Shown piece after piece: positions 19,882 through 30,912 of a DNA stretch of 35,642 nt. Each line of letters starts with the position of its first letter. The first letter of the stretch is position 1. This DNA comes from Candidatus Wolframiiraptor gerlachensis (GTDB lineage: Archaea > Thermoproteota > Nitrososphaeria_A > Caldarchaeales > Wolframiiraptoraceae). The DNA lies in contig JAJPCT020000008.1 in assembly GCA_021323375.2 (NCBI GenBank), positions 1 to 35,642 of the forward strand, read 5' to 3'. A program made the translations under genes and the position numbers. The notes beneath the pieces are model-generated. The model was not told the origin of the DNA. It was given only the letters and a program-made list of their open reading frames with translations, and did no database searches.

Positions 19882-22785
19882 ATGTGGTGTGCGTGGATCA
19901 TGAAGGCGAGATCCCCGATGCCCTATGAGGAGAAGTGGGCTAAGAGATGGCTGGAGGAGAGGGTATTCGAGGCGGATCCGATACCAGGCGCGCCGAAGAT
20001 CTTCGTCTGCGTCCCATACTCTTATCAGAATGCTCCACTCCATGTCGGCCACGGCTTCACATACACGAGAGGCGATGCTTATGCTAGGTTCAAGAGGATG
20101 CAGGGCTATAATGTCCTCTTCCCATGGGCTTGGCACTGGACTGGCGAGGCTGTCGCTGGGACATGTGAGAGGCTGAAGAGGGGCGATGAGGCTGTCAAGA
20201 GGATGCTTGTCGAGATAGATGGCGTCCCCGAGGAGCTTCTGGAGAAGTTTACGGACCCGGCTTTTGTCACGAGATACTATACTGAGGAGAATCGCGAGGT
20301 TGTCAAAGCCATGGGCTTCTCCGTGGACTGGAGGAGGGAGTTCTACACCACAGACCTACACCCATATTATAGCAGGTTCATAGAGTGGCAGTATATCACG
20401 CTGAGGAACCTAGGCTATGTAGCAAAGGGAAGACATCCGGTGGTCTGGTGCCCGAGATGTGAGAGCCCAACCGGAGACCATGATAGGCTGGTTGGCGAGG
20501 GCGTCTCCCCGGAAGAATACACCCTCGTCTACTTCAAGCTTGATGAGTATGATGCCTTCCTAGCGGCGGCCACGCTCAGGCCTGAGACCATCTTCGGCGT
20601 CACGAATATCTGGATAAACCCGAGGAGCGAGTATGTCTTGATCGAGGTTGATGGTAAGAGGCTGATAGTCTCGAGGCAGGCGGCTGAGAAGCTCCAGCAC
20701 CAGATGAAGGTCAAGGTGACCGAGAGGATTGACCCGGAGAAGCTTATTGGAAAATTCGCGGAGGCGCCGATAACAGGCGTCAGGATACCAATATTCCCGG
20801 CGGATCTGGTCGACCCCGACTTCGGCTCCGGGGTTGTTTACAGCGTTCCAGCCCATGCACCATATGATTACGCAGGGATAGTAGCGTTGAGGAGGAATGA
20901 AGAGAGGCTGAGAAGATATGGAATAAAGGAGATCGTGGAGAGCATCAAACCTATCTCGATAATCAGGGTTCCGGGGTATGGTGACTACCCGGCGGTCGAG
21001 GAGGTTGAGAGACTCGGGATAACCTCTGACACAGATCCGAAGCTTGAGGAGGCCACGAAGACCATCTACTCGAAGGAGTTTCATAGCGGGGTCATGAAGG
21101 AGAATTGTGGGGAATATGCCGGGAAGAGCGTCGCTGAAGCCCGTGATCTGATGAAGCAGAGGCTGATAGAGCTCAGGCTCGGCGGAGTGATGTGGGAGCT
21201 CCCCGAGAAGGTTGTATGCAGATGCGGAACCGAGACGGTAGTAAAGATAGTTGAGGACCAGTGGTTCTTGAGATACTCGGACCCGGAGTGGAAGCGAAAG
21301 GTGAAGGAGCATATAATGAGGATGAATATTTATCCGGAGGAGGCTAGGCAGTGGTTCCTCAATGTCGTGGACTGGCTCAGGGACTGGGCCTGTGCCAGGA
21401 AGACTGGGCTTGGGACTAGGCTTCCATGGGACCCGAACTGGATCGTTGAGACGCTCAGTGACTCGACGATATATCCGGCCCTCTACACAATAAGCAAGTA
21501 TCTCAATCTCGGGATTGTTAAGCCGGAGCAGCTCACCTTCGAGGTCCTAAACTATGTCTACTTGGGGGCTGGGGATCCATCCGAGATTGCTGCGAGGGTC
21601 GGCTTGAGCGAGAGCATCCTGAGGCAGATGAGGGAGGAGTTCCTCTACTGGTATCCCGTGGATATGAGAATCTCGGCCAAGGAGCTCGTCCCCAATCATC
21701 TCACCTTCTACATCTTCCAGCATGTGGCGATATTTGAGCCGAGGCATTGGCCGAGGGGGATCGGTGTCAATGGCATGGTCAAGATCGAGGGGGAGAAGAT
21801 GTCGAAGAGCAAGGGCAACTTCATACCATTGAAGAGGGCGATTGAAATCTATGGCGCGGATGCGACGAGGATGACCCTCCTCCTCGCCGCCGAGGATCTC
21901 GATGACCCAGATTGGAGGGATAAGAATGCGAGGGAGGCCATGAGGATGCTCGAGACGATTCTCAAGATATGTGAGCAGGTTGCCTCAATTGAGGAGGCTG
22001 AGGAGAGTGAGGCAGATGCATGGCTCCTATCAACCCTACAGCGCAGAATCGAGAGGATAACATCCAACATGGAGGTATTAAAGACTAGAACCGCAGCCTC
22101 AGAGGCTATCTACGGCCTCTACAACGACTGGAAGTGGTATCTTAGGAGGAATGGTGGGAGGATTGGGAGGGCGGCGAGGATCTTTATGGAGACTTGGATC
22201 AAGCTCCTAGCGCCATTCATACCATTCACGGCGGAGGAGGCTTGGAGTATTCTGGGGAAGAGTGGCTTCGTCTCGCTGGAGAGATGGCCAGAGCCTGATA
22301 AGAGGTTGATAAATGAGGTCGTGGAGCTGAGGGAGGAGATCCTGACAAGGCTCATGGAGGATGTGAGGAGCATAATCGAGGTCTATAGGAGGAACCCGAG
22401 GCGCGTGATAATCTACTTGGCGGCGCCGAGCAAGATCCGGATGCTGGAGAAAGCGCTTGAGATCTTGGATGCCAGGCCGCATAACCCCGTCGGCGAGCTG
22501 ATAAGGTGGATCATGAGTGAGAGGATCATCGAGGCTAAGAAGGCGCCAAACATGGCGAGACTCATCTTCGACTTGATCTCCGCCTACTCCTCGAGATATG
22601 CGCGTGAGGCGATATTGGAGGTGGCTAAGAGTGAGAAAACATTCTATGAGAGGGCGAGAGATTTTCTGGAGAGGGAGCTTGGAGCACTCGTGGAGATATA
22701 TGAGGAGGGCGCAGAGGGGATCTATGACCCGAGGGGTAAGGCCTTATCCGCCCTGCCATTAAGGCCAGGGATTTATGTTGAGTAG
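19882..22785 (+). CDS. leuS: Leucyl-tRNA synthetase, archaeal type (real start probably the ATG at 19900 or 19918)
   Basis: HVGH, TLRPET, SVPAHAPYD, SDSTIY and KMSKSKGN motifs. Confidence 0.96.
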   Translation: MWCAWIMKARSPMPYEEKWAKRWLEERVFEADPIPGAPKIFVCVPYSYQNAPLHVGHGFTYTRGDAYARFKRMQGYNVLFPWAWHWTGEAVAGTCERLKRGDEAVKRMLVEIDGVPEELLEKFTDPAFVTRYYTEENREVVKAMGFSVDWRREFYTTDLHPYYSRFIEWQYITLRNLGYVAKGRHPVVWCPRCESPTGDHDRLVGEGVSPEEYTLVYFKLDEYDAFLAAATLRPETIFGVTNIWINPRSEYVLIEVDGKRLIVSRQAAEKLQHQMKVKVTERIDPEKLIGKFAEAPITGVRIPIFPADLVDPDFGSGVVYSVPAHAPYDYAGIVALRRNEERLRRYGIKEIVESIKPISIIRVPGYGDYPAVEEVERLGITSDTDPKLEEATKTIYSKEFHSGVMKENCGEYAGKSVAEARDLMKQRLIELRLGGVMWELPEKVVCRCGTETVVKIVEDQWFLRYSDPEWKRKVKEHIMRMNIYPEEARQWFLNVVDWLRDWACARKTGLGTRLPWDPNWIVETLSDSTIYPALYTISKYLNLGIVKPEQLTFEVLNYVYLGAGDPSEIAARVGLSESILRQMREEFLYWYPVDMRISAKELVPNHLTFYIFQHVAIFEPRHWPRGIGVNGMVKIEGEKMSKSKGNFIPLKRAIEIYGADATRMTLLLAAEDLDDPDWRDKNAREAMRMLETILKICEQVASIEEAEESEADAWLLSTLQRRIERITSNMEVLKTRTAASEAIYGLYNDWKWYLRRNGGRIGRAARIFMETWIKLLAPFIPFTAEEAWSILGKSGFVSLERWPEPDKRLINEVVELREEILTRLMEDVRSIIEVYRRNPRRVIIYLAAPSKIRMLEKALEILDARPHNPVGELIRWIMSERIIEAKKAPNMARLIFDLISAYSSRYAREAILEVAKSEKTFYERARDFLERELGALVEIYEEGAEGIYDPRGKALSALPLRPGIYVE

Positions 22786-22788
22786 CTC

Positions 22789-23451
22789 ATGAGCAGCCAG
22801 CTAAGGATTGATGTCTTGAGGGAGGCGAGGCTCGACCTAAAATTCCTCCTAGAGAGAGGGTATAGGAAGCAAACGGTGCTCAAGCTCGAAGGGGAAAAGG
22901 AACAGCTTAGCAGGGCAGAGAGATCACTCCTCTTCCGGTCAGTTATGCCGGAGAGCGAGGCCGAGATCATAAGATCTAAGATCATTGGGCCTGAGCAGCT
23001 GGTGGGGAGGGAGGATTCTCGTGGATGGATTCAACGTGCTGAATACCGTTGAGGCGATGCTGAGAGGAGAGCCCCTGATACTATGCGATGACGAAGTGCT
23101 GAGAGATATTAGGGAAAAAGCATTCAAAATATAGGCCATCAAATCTGTCAGAGAACGCTCTTAAAAATGATACTAGAGTTCCTGAAGAACGCTCATGTCG
23201 CCGAGGTTAAGGTGTTATATGAGTCCCAGATTAGCAGGAGTGGAGAGGTTGCTGGCTTGACTTAGACACCTCTTATCAGAGATGGGCTTAAGGGGTGATG
23301 CTAGGACCGCGAAAACCGTGGACTCTATACTGGCGAAGTCGGGCGAGATAATAGCAACAAGCGACTCGGCAATACTCCTAAGATGTAGGGCGTCCATAGA
23401 TATACCGAAAACTTGGCGCAAGCCGTGGGAGCGAGGATTATCAGGCTTTGA
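22789..23451 (+). CDS. DUF434-family (PIN-like) protein, frameshifted
   Basis: EARLDLKFLLERGY, then ILVDGFNVL..VEAML.G..LILCDD.VLRD and IATSDS in shifted frames. Confidence 0.72.
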
Positions 23452-23469
23452 TGGGGCGCGTAATCACCC

Positions 23470-24201
23470 CTATCTTATCATGCTCATGATCCTTCTCAGG
23501 ACCTTAGAATGCTTCTCCTCATCACTCTTGATGAACTCGACAAGCAGTGGTGCTGAAGCCTTCCGGGTAGGAGCTTCTCAACCTCCCCTAGGCCTCCCTA
23601 TATGCGCCTCCTCCTCCTTCCTAAGAAGCGACTCAATATCCATCTTCTTAAGCTGGCAGCTTATATCGACGGCCCCACCCCTCTCTATCGCCGAGATAAG
23701 GGTCATCAGGATGTCTGCATGCCCTCAGGCAGTCGCTTGCAAGAGCCCTGGAAGATCATCCGAGCAAGATCATCCTTCAGGTTTATAGCAGCTCTCATGA
23801 ACTCCTCAGCAGACTCCTGCTCGGCCTGAACCCTTCTCCTCAAGAACTCGAGTATTCTCGCAACCTCACCACTCACCTCGCTGGGGACGACCTTAACCCC
23901 TCACTCACCTCAGAGAGATCTCCTGATATTGAAGGCCGCATCATAGAGCTCGCCCTCAGTCAACATTCCCTAGACAGGATCTTCTCCAACGAGCTCGTCG
24001 AGATAGCGCCTCGCCGCCTCATTCTCCATAATCCTCCTCGCGGATGATGAAGCCCTCCTCCTACTCAGGTAAAGCGTTATCGTCGGCTGACTCATCCCCC
24101 AAAACCTCAGCCACCCTCTTCCTAAGCTAAAGCCATGATCCTTCACAAGCCCTCATCGCGAGAATAGCCCTAATACCTGAGACAATCTCCTCCATCCTCA
24201 T
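23470..24201 (-). CDS. Transcriptional regulator: N-terminal HTH fused to a ferritin/rubrerythrin-like four-helix domain (frameshifted; not in ORF track)
   Basis: Manual reconstruction: IRAILA.RLVKDHG...RVAEVLGMSQPTITLYLS (HTH), then QAEQESAEEF...ASDCLRHADIL...RKEEEAH...KSDEEKHSKVL. GGAGGAG RBS before the ATG at 24201. Confidence 0.68.
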
Positions 24202-24255
24202 TAACGACTCCTCCGGGCAAATGACTTAGCGCGTGAAAATAGCACCGTAAAGCAC

Positions 24256-24282
24256 ATGATTTTTACATCATAGAATTTAAAT
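24256..24282 (+). promoter_or_regulatory. Candidate operator ATGAT-N6-ATCAT next to a TATA box (ATTTAAAT) upstream of feoA
   Basis: Inverted repeat at 24256-24271 in the divergent intergenic region; TATA-like box at 24275-24282. Confidence 0.4.
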
Positions 24283-24328
24283 CAGGGTTCCTGGAAAACC
24301 TTCATGGATCGAGGGGCGATGAGCCTCT

Positions 24329-24640
24329 ATGAGGGTTCCATTAACCTCGCTTAGTGAGGCTTCGGGAGGCAGTGGTTGTGGAGATAACATTTGGAGGCCA
24401 TCCCCCAGCACGGGGTTCTGGGGAGGGTTTAGGCGTAGGCTTGGATGGGGCTGGAGAGGTAGAGGCGGCCCTGGATGCAGCGCGGTTAAGAGGCTTGCAG
24501 ACCTCGGCATACTACCCGGAGCCAAGATCAAGGTCGTTAGAAAGGCTCCACTCTAGCGGCCCCATAGAGGTTGGAGGTACATGGCTCGAGATCCATGATT
24601 GGAAGGGGCTTGGGCCTCGAAGATAATAGTGGAGACCTAG
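24329..24640 (+). CDS. feoA: FeoA ferrous iron transport protein with Gly/Arg/Trp-rich insertion (frameshifted)
   Basis: KRLADLGILPGAKIKVVRKAPL, then GPIEV..GS..IGRGL..KIIVE in shifted frames; directly upstream of feoB. Confidence 0.85.
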
Positions 24641-24671
24641 TCTAGCGAGATCCCCTTTGGAGGGCTCTCCA

Positions 24672-26656
24672 ATGAAGTATGCGAGTATCCCAGCTCGTGG
24701 GATCAGAGGCGGCCACGCCGAGCCGGATCTCAGGATAGCCTTAGCTGGTCAGGCGAACGTGGGCAAGAGCGTGATTTTTAATCAACTGACAGGACTTCAT
24801 CAGCATATAGCAAACTGGCCCGGGACCACAGTGGATAAGGCGGAGGGAACGCTATATTACAAAGGCCTGATAATGAAGGTTATTGATCTTCCAGGAATAT
24901 ATTCCGCTGACACATCTCTCAATAGAGAGAAGATCTCTAGTGAACTATATCGCGAGGAGAGGCTGGATGTTTGTGGTTAACGTGGTCGATGCAACAGCGC
25001 TTGAGAGACACTTGATCTTCACTCTCCAGCTTCTCGAGCTTGAGAGGCCGCCCATCCTAGTATTGAAACATGATGGATCTAGCGGAGAAGTATGGCATCG
25101 AGATAGATGTGGATGTGCTTAGGAGGAGCTCAGGGTGCCGGTCGTCATGACGATTGCGACGCGCGGGAGGAGTGTGTACCCAGATACTCGATGCCGCTAT
25201 GAGAGCTCCATAGAACCGGATACTCCCAAGAAGATCCGATATGGCAAGGAGGTTGAGGAGAGGGTTGAGAGGCTGGAGGCCGCTCTGGGGGAGATTGACC
25301 CACCATATCCGAGGAGATGGATCGCCCTAAAGCTTCTGGAGAAGGATGAGGAGATATGGGGCCTCGTTGGGGAGAAGAATCCACGGGTTATAGAGCTGGC
25401 CAGCGAGCTGATCACCGAGCTCGAGAGCATCCATGGACACGACTCATTAATCATAATCGCGAATGAGAGAGCTTGCATCGCGAGCCAGATCGCTAGGAGA
25501 TGCATAAGGATAGTGAAGCCCAGAAAACCAACTCTAGGAGATAGATTCGATGAAATCGCAACACATCCGATACTAGAGTTACATTCTCTGCCGCCATAAT
25601 ATTCGCCGGCCTCTTCTCAATAGTCTTCGGGGTCGGCGGAATAATCGCAGAACTCTCCGAGGAATATTTGTCGGAAATCATGCGCGATGCATGGGTTCGT
25701 ATCCTCGGGAATCAACCCGATATCCGAGGTCGGCTGGTCAGCCATCGAGAGCATCTTATTCCTCCTCGGCCTAGCCATACCATACATCCTCCTCTACTTC
25801 CTCACACATTCCTCTTGGAGAACTGGGGATACCTTGCGAGAGTATCATTTCTAATGGATTCTCCAATGCATAAGGTGCAGGCGTCCATGGCAGGCCGTAA
25901 TCCCCATGCTCCTAGGATTCGGCTGCAACGTCCCAGCATGCCTCGCGGCAAGAATCATGGATACATGGAGGGAGAGGATCATAACGATCTTAATGACGAC
26001 GCTCGTGCCATGCTCCGCCGTAACCGTTGTCGTTATGGGGCTAGTGGGAAGATATTTTGGAGTGTCATGGGTCATTGGGCTCTATCTCCTCACACTCCTC
26101 ATCGCCTTCATCCCTAGGCTCCATCGCCTCAAGAATCCTCCCAGGAGTACCACGTTGAGCTGATAATGGAGATGCCGAGCTACAAGGTGCCAAGCATCAA
26201 GACGATACTAACGATGACTTGGATCAGGCTGCGAGAATACCTTGAGATAGCAGCCCCACTCATAATCGCCATAGGAGCACTCGTAAAAGTCCTAGAAATC
26301 TCCGGCCTGTTAGGACTCTGATATCAAGCACCCTAAGCCCGATAACCTCCAGCTGGCTCGGATTACCAAAGGAAACTGGGTGTCCTACTAATCTTTGGAA
26401 TCCTGAGAAAGGAGCTCATACTAACAACGCTCGCGGCACTCCTCGGGACCATAGACTTCTCACAAGCACTCACGCCAAACCAGATGATAACACTCTCCAT
26501 AGTAACAATACTATACATACCATGCGCCACAATCTCCGTCCTACTCAAAGAAACCGGAACAAAACAACCCTAGTAATCACACTAGCGGAAATAAGCCTAG
26601 CAATACTCATCGGCGGAATAGCCTCAAAACTCCTCCTAACTATAGGAATAAGTTAG
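24672..26656 (+). CDS. feoB: FeoB ferrous iron transporter (many frameshifts)
   Basis: G1 GQANVGKS, NWPGTTV, DLPG, NVVDA; membrane motifs LGFGCNVPA, VPCSA, IMEMP.Y, GILRKEL and LYIPC. Confidence 0.92.
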
Positions 26657-27232
26657 GCTTGCAAAGAAAGCGCACATACCCTAAAAAGAGCCTAATCAGC
26701 CCGCATGACTATATTAGCCTGAGAACCCTTAGAACATTCTAAAAAGAAGAAATTGAAAAATAAGTGAGATTTTTCAAGATGTTAAATGATCGGCTCCGCA
26801 TATGATATTAGGTGTAAAATCTATGAAGTGCTTCGGGATTTGGATCTGATTTCATGGCCAGGCTTTGCTAAGAATTATGATTAACATTGTATCATGTTTG
26901 CGTATATTTCCTTTCTTGTTATGCACCTTGATCGCGTATTTTCGTGATAAAGATTTTACAGACCTCTTTCGAAAAGGTTCACCTTAATGTATGATGTGTG
27001 TAGTTGAGTATTTAATTGGGATGGACATTTGGAATGAGGTTTATTATTTATCACCATAAGTTAGCTGTCCTCATATCATACTGGCAAACTTTCTCAGCAG
27101 ATTAGGAAAAAAGCAGGATGATATAATACACGTTATCCTTCATAAGAATCAGAATGCCAGATTGCCCTAAAAAGCCTCTAAGAATTATATGTGCCAAAAT
27201 AGGCATAAGATGTTCCTCAGAGGTGAAGACCT

Positions 27233-27652
27233 TTAATCTTGTATTGTTATGATCTCGATTCCCATGATGTCTTTGATTACGTCGGTTTTCTTAGCTATGT
27301 CTTTGTCAAGGGTGGCTATGGACTTCGCTCCAATCGCCTTGGCTATAGTAATGTGTAGTAGATCAAGTGTTTTAAGCCTGAGCATGGGAACATGTTTTAG
27401 GCTTTCCTTCACAATAATGTTAAGATCTGTTTCAACTATCGAGGCGCCAAATCTCTTGATAGAGTACATAGCTAGTGGTATTGGTTTCTCCAATTCAGCT
27501 CTTGCTGTAAATGGATGCTAATTCAAGTAGTGTGAGCTGGCTTACAACTCTCCTCTCCATCCAATTGCATAGACATAGCTACCACTTTATCATGATTAGG
27601 GTCCTTTTCATCAACATACGATATGATGACATTTTGTGTCAATATATATCAT
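27233..27652 (-). CDS. vapC: VapC PIN-domain toxin (frameshifted)
   Basis: Reconstruction MIYIDT(N)VIISY..EKDPNH...VSQLTLLELAS...LKTLDLLHI..A...IATLDKDI. Confidence 0.85.
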
Positions 27653-27904
27653 CAATGTCTCTCCTCTTCCAGCATCTTACTCAGTCTACCGTGAGCGATC
27701 CTGAAGCCCGACTTCTCGAGCTCCTCAACATCCCTATACACCTGCTCCTAGAACCCCACTTCCCTCACAACCTCATTCTCAAGCCCTCTTTTCAATGAGA
27801 ATATTGAATGCATGAGACCTGCTTCTAGCAAGCCCATACCTAACCATCTTATCGGCTAGTTCAACAACCTCCTACGAACCTTTAATAGATACCGTAGTGC
27901 TCAT
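27652..27904 (-). CDS. vapB: VapB-type RHH antitoxin (frameshifted; not in ORF track)
   Basis: MSTTVSIKV..EVVELADKMVRYGLARSRSHAFNILIEK...LEEERH*; its stop overlaps the vapC start (TGATG). Confidence 0.75.
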
Positions 27905-27925
27905 TTACCATACATACTTAGTAGT

Positions 27926-27949
27926 TACCATGGTATATAAAGATATACC
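27926..27949 (-). promoter_or_regulatory. vapBC promoter with overlapping palindromes (candidate autoregulatory operator)
   Basis: TACCATGGTA (27926-27935) and GGTATAT-aaag-ATATACC (27932-27949) overlap a minus-strand TTTATATA box about 30 nt upstream of the vapB ATG. Confidence 0.55.
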
Positions 27950-28799
27950 TTAATAGTTTGTGGTATCAAGATGCAGCGATTACATGTTGCCTACAAGCCT
28001 CCTTTTACTATTAGGAACATAGCGTCTTTTATCCAAATTTGAAGGTTTGGAGGCTCCTAAGCTCCGGGAGTTTATAAGTAAGTGAAGAAAAATATCGCCT
28101 TTGGTTTTCTTTTATGTCACAGGGATCTAAAATTTTGTCGCACGAGTTAGCAATGAGTGAGAGGTTTGGGCTTTCGTGAAAAAGTTATGGGCTCTCCTTG
28201 TACCCATGTTCATGGCCGTGGATTCTGCCATCGTGAATAATCCGAAGATGCTCATAGAGACTCTTTTTATAGGAGGCTTCATCCTAGAGTTTAGGAGCCT
28301 GAATAACAGCCCCAATGCATATGTCTCACAATCCTGGAAAGACTTGGGCTATCCGTAGCCCTCTGTAGACTCCCGCTTCGGTAATTTCGGAAACCCGACC
28401 CCAGAAAGTAGAGTAAAAGTGTATTTTCCTTTAAAACTTCTTTATAAGCTTCGATATGGAAGCCGACAAATCAGAAAAATGATGTTAAAAATTAATTCTG
28501 ATTCGAGATGGAGAACCTTTGAGAGAAACAAGGGGTTGCCTGAAGATGGCTCGGTGGCTTTGCATGGCAAGAGATCGCTGAAAAGAACCAAAAGAACAAT
28601 ATGTTATCTCCTCGAGCTGGGCCTATCCCCCTCGCTGTAGGCTATAATGTTAGCAGGATTGCCAGCAGATGAGCAGGATTGCTGGAGAGGGGCCATATTA
28701 ATCATGCTCGAAAACAAAACTTGCAGAACATTTTATACATGTGGATCTGTTTTACTAACAGGCTGTTGCTCACGTTTAGTAAAGATTATATAGGGGTTG

Positions 28800-29641
28800 A
28801 TGGGTTTTGTTCGGACTTATCCCTTCATACCGGATTTAGGGCTGGTCTCCTAGTTTTCGATATTTGTCGTAATCAGGGCCGTTTCTTCCTTCTACTATCT
28901 TTACTACATGCAACCTCAGTTTACTACCTCCACCTCCTCTACCAGCATTCTGCTCACCGATCCGTCTAGGATTTATCTAGAGGTTGAGATCTCAAGTGTA
29001 GATGGTGTCAAGGGGTTTAGTGTTATCGCGGTGATCAATGTGGAGAATGTGGATTTCCTGCTTTTTAGGCCTATTGATGTATGGACCGATGATCTATCAG
29101 CTATTGGCTTGAGTGGCAGGATGCTGCTGGTGTCGAGTAACAATAACTATACGATTGATATGCCATGCATCATGAGGCTTAACGTCTCTTGTCCTCTGAT
29201 AACAGCGGATTATTCCTGGCTATGACATGCCGCCTCAGAATTGAGTCTGGAAGATATCTGAGTATCAATAGAGCTCTCTTGGAGCGAGGCTAAGGGTCGT
29301 GGCGGATTTACCTATCACTCTTTCCAAAGCTGAGGGACTCCACAAGATCCTACGCATTGATCGTCGATAAGACTAAAGCCTCTACGGGCCGGTCAGGCTA
29401 CTACGAGTCCACCGCGCATATATATGGATCTTTGAGGCCGCTGGAGAGGAGTATAGAAAGTTCAGGCTTGAGTCGACATCGCTGGAGACCGAGGAAGATG
29501 ATGGCGGTTCTTGAGGTGCCGGTCAAGAAGCAAGGTTCATACTATCAAGCACTAGTAATAATGAAGGCTAAGCCTGAAGAATATCTGTTAAGAATCACGA
29601 ACTCGATGAGCCTCAAGATAGAGCTAAGAGTGGAAGAATAG
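28800..29641 (+). CDS. Probable single frameshifted membrane-anchored/exported hypothetical protein
   Basis: Hydrophobic segment near 28840-28905, Ser/Thr-rich linker, and co-directional ORF pieces 28908..29225 and 29357..29641. Confidence 0.4.
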
Positions 29642-29968
29642 TCTTTAACAAAATCCGGCAGGGAAATAATCTAATACGGAATCATGTTTTCCCCATCACG
29701 ATTAGGCCTTTTTCAGCTCCCTCAGCCTCCAGCCTCCCTGACCATATTATTGATTCAAGCCTGAATCGCGAGGGTTAACTGCCTAACATCACATCGCAGT
29801 AGATCATCAATTGCCGAGACCAAGCTCCATCCACATAAAATCAAGCATCTTAACAATCGAATAATGCTGCCGCCTCCTAACAACCACCGGATTAACCTTA
29901 AAATACTGTCTCAAACAATCCTCAAACTGATTGGGGTCGGGGACCTCCCCCACTTGAGCAACGATTTT

Positions 29969-30041
29969 GGGCCCGTAGCTCAGCTTGGATAGAGCATCGG
30001 CCTTCTAAGCCGGGGGTCGGGGTTCAAGTCCCCCGGGCCCG
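29969..30041 (+). tRNA. tRNA-Arg(TCT); its 3' half is attL of the integrated element
   Basis: GGGCCCG TA GCTC...GAGC A TCGGC CT TCT AA GCCGG...TTCAAGT...CGGGCCC G. The T-stem appears one pair short, likely from homopolymer error. Confidence 0.92.
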
Positions 30042-30042
30042 C
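30002..30042 (+). repeat. attL core (anticodon loop to 3' end of tRNA-Arg)
   Basis: CTTCTAAGCCGGGGGTCGGGGTTCAAGTCCCCCGGGCCCGC, near-identical to 34321-34361. Confidence 0.9.
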
Positions 30043-30908
30043 TATTTCAAACGGAATAAGCCCTTCACGGCCTGTTAAGAATTCCTTTACGCTGCCCGTT
30101 AAAGGATTTTAACAGGGTTTTAGAGGATTTCCTCCAATATCTCCTGAAAACCTACTCAAGGAAATACGCTGTAGAAATCTATTCTTATGCCCGGAAATAT
30201 GGATATCAAGTCCTTTTTGAGAAGAATCTCCAACATTTTTACCGGCTGAATGATTTTCAACGGCTTGACGCAATGAAGGCCATGAGTCTGCTCTCAAGGT
30301 TTCTAGGCCGCTATGATGATTGGAAAAAATTACGTGAGAGACATGGGCTGAGGTGGGCCACAAATGATAATTTCATCCCATTGTTCAGCCTCCCGCCTTT
30401 TCCTAAGCTTTTAGAGGATGCTAAAAGCATGATAAACGCTTTGGTGGGGAGGTTTCTACATGAGGTGGAGTTTATGGCCCTGAGCGGGCTAAGGCCGCGG
30501 AGGCCATAATGGCAATTTAAGGTCTCTGCAAGATGCATAGAGAAGATTACTTTAACACTGAGCTAAAGGTTTTGGAGCATTTCCGCTTTCCACAGGTTTT
30601 CTTCAGAAGGTGTAAGCGGGCCTTCATCACGGTCCTTAATGATCATCTTTTAATGGCTCTTTGAAAGGCCGCGCCCATCACCTATAACATGCTGAGAATG
30701 TATCTTAGGCGGAGAGGCATGCGCCCATGCTTCAACGTCTTCAGAAAACTCTTTGCAACCTTTCTCTGCGGCAAAGGGTTAGAGGCGGAGCTGGTGGATT
30801 ACCCGCAGGGCTCGCGTCCCAAACACGGTCTTCATGCGCCACTATTTTTCACCTGACGTCAGGCCAGGTGCAGTGGAAAAGTCCGCGCCCTTTACCGGAG
30901 CTGCGTGA
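30043..30908 (+). CDS. Tyrosine integrase C-terminal fragment int(C), frameshifted
   Basis: Pieces MALSGLRP (catalytic R), LEHFRFPQVFFRRCKRAFI (K), FRKLFATFL (R), VDYPQG and VFMRHYF (Y nucleophile); begins directly at the tRNA 3' end. Confidence 0.82.
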
Positions 30909-30912
30909 GTTA

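Noticed and set aside
23282-23829. Plus-strand ORFs of 168 aa and 75 aa
   Set aside because: A hybrid of the DUF434 C-terminus and the antisense shadow of the minus-strand HTH-ferritin gene.
28127-28403. Possible IS/transposase remnant; CCCGACCCCA here is inverted relative to TGGGGTCGGG at 29932
   Set aside because: No DDE or HUH motif and no target-site duplication; a 10-bp GC-rich match can arise by chance.
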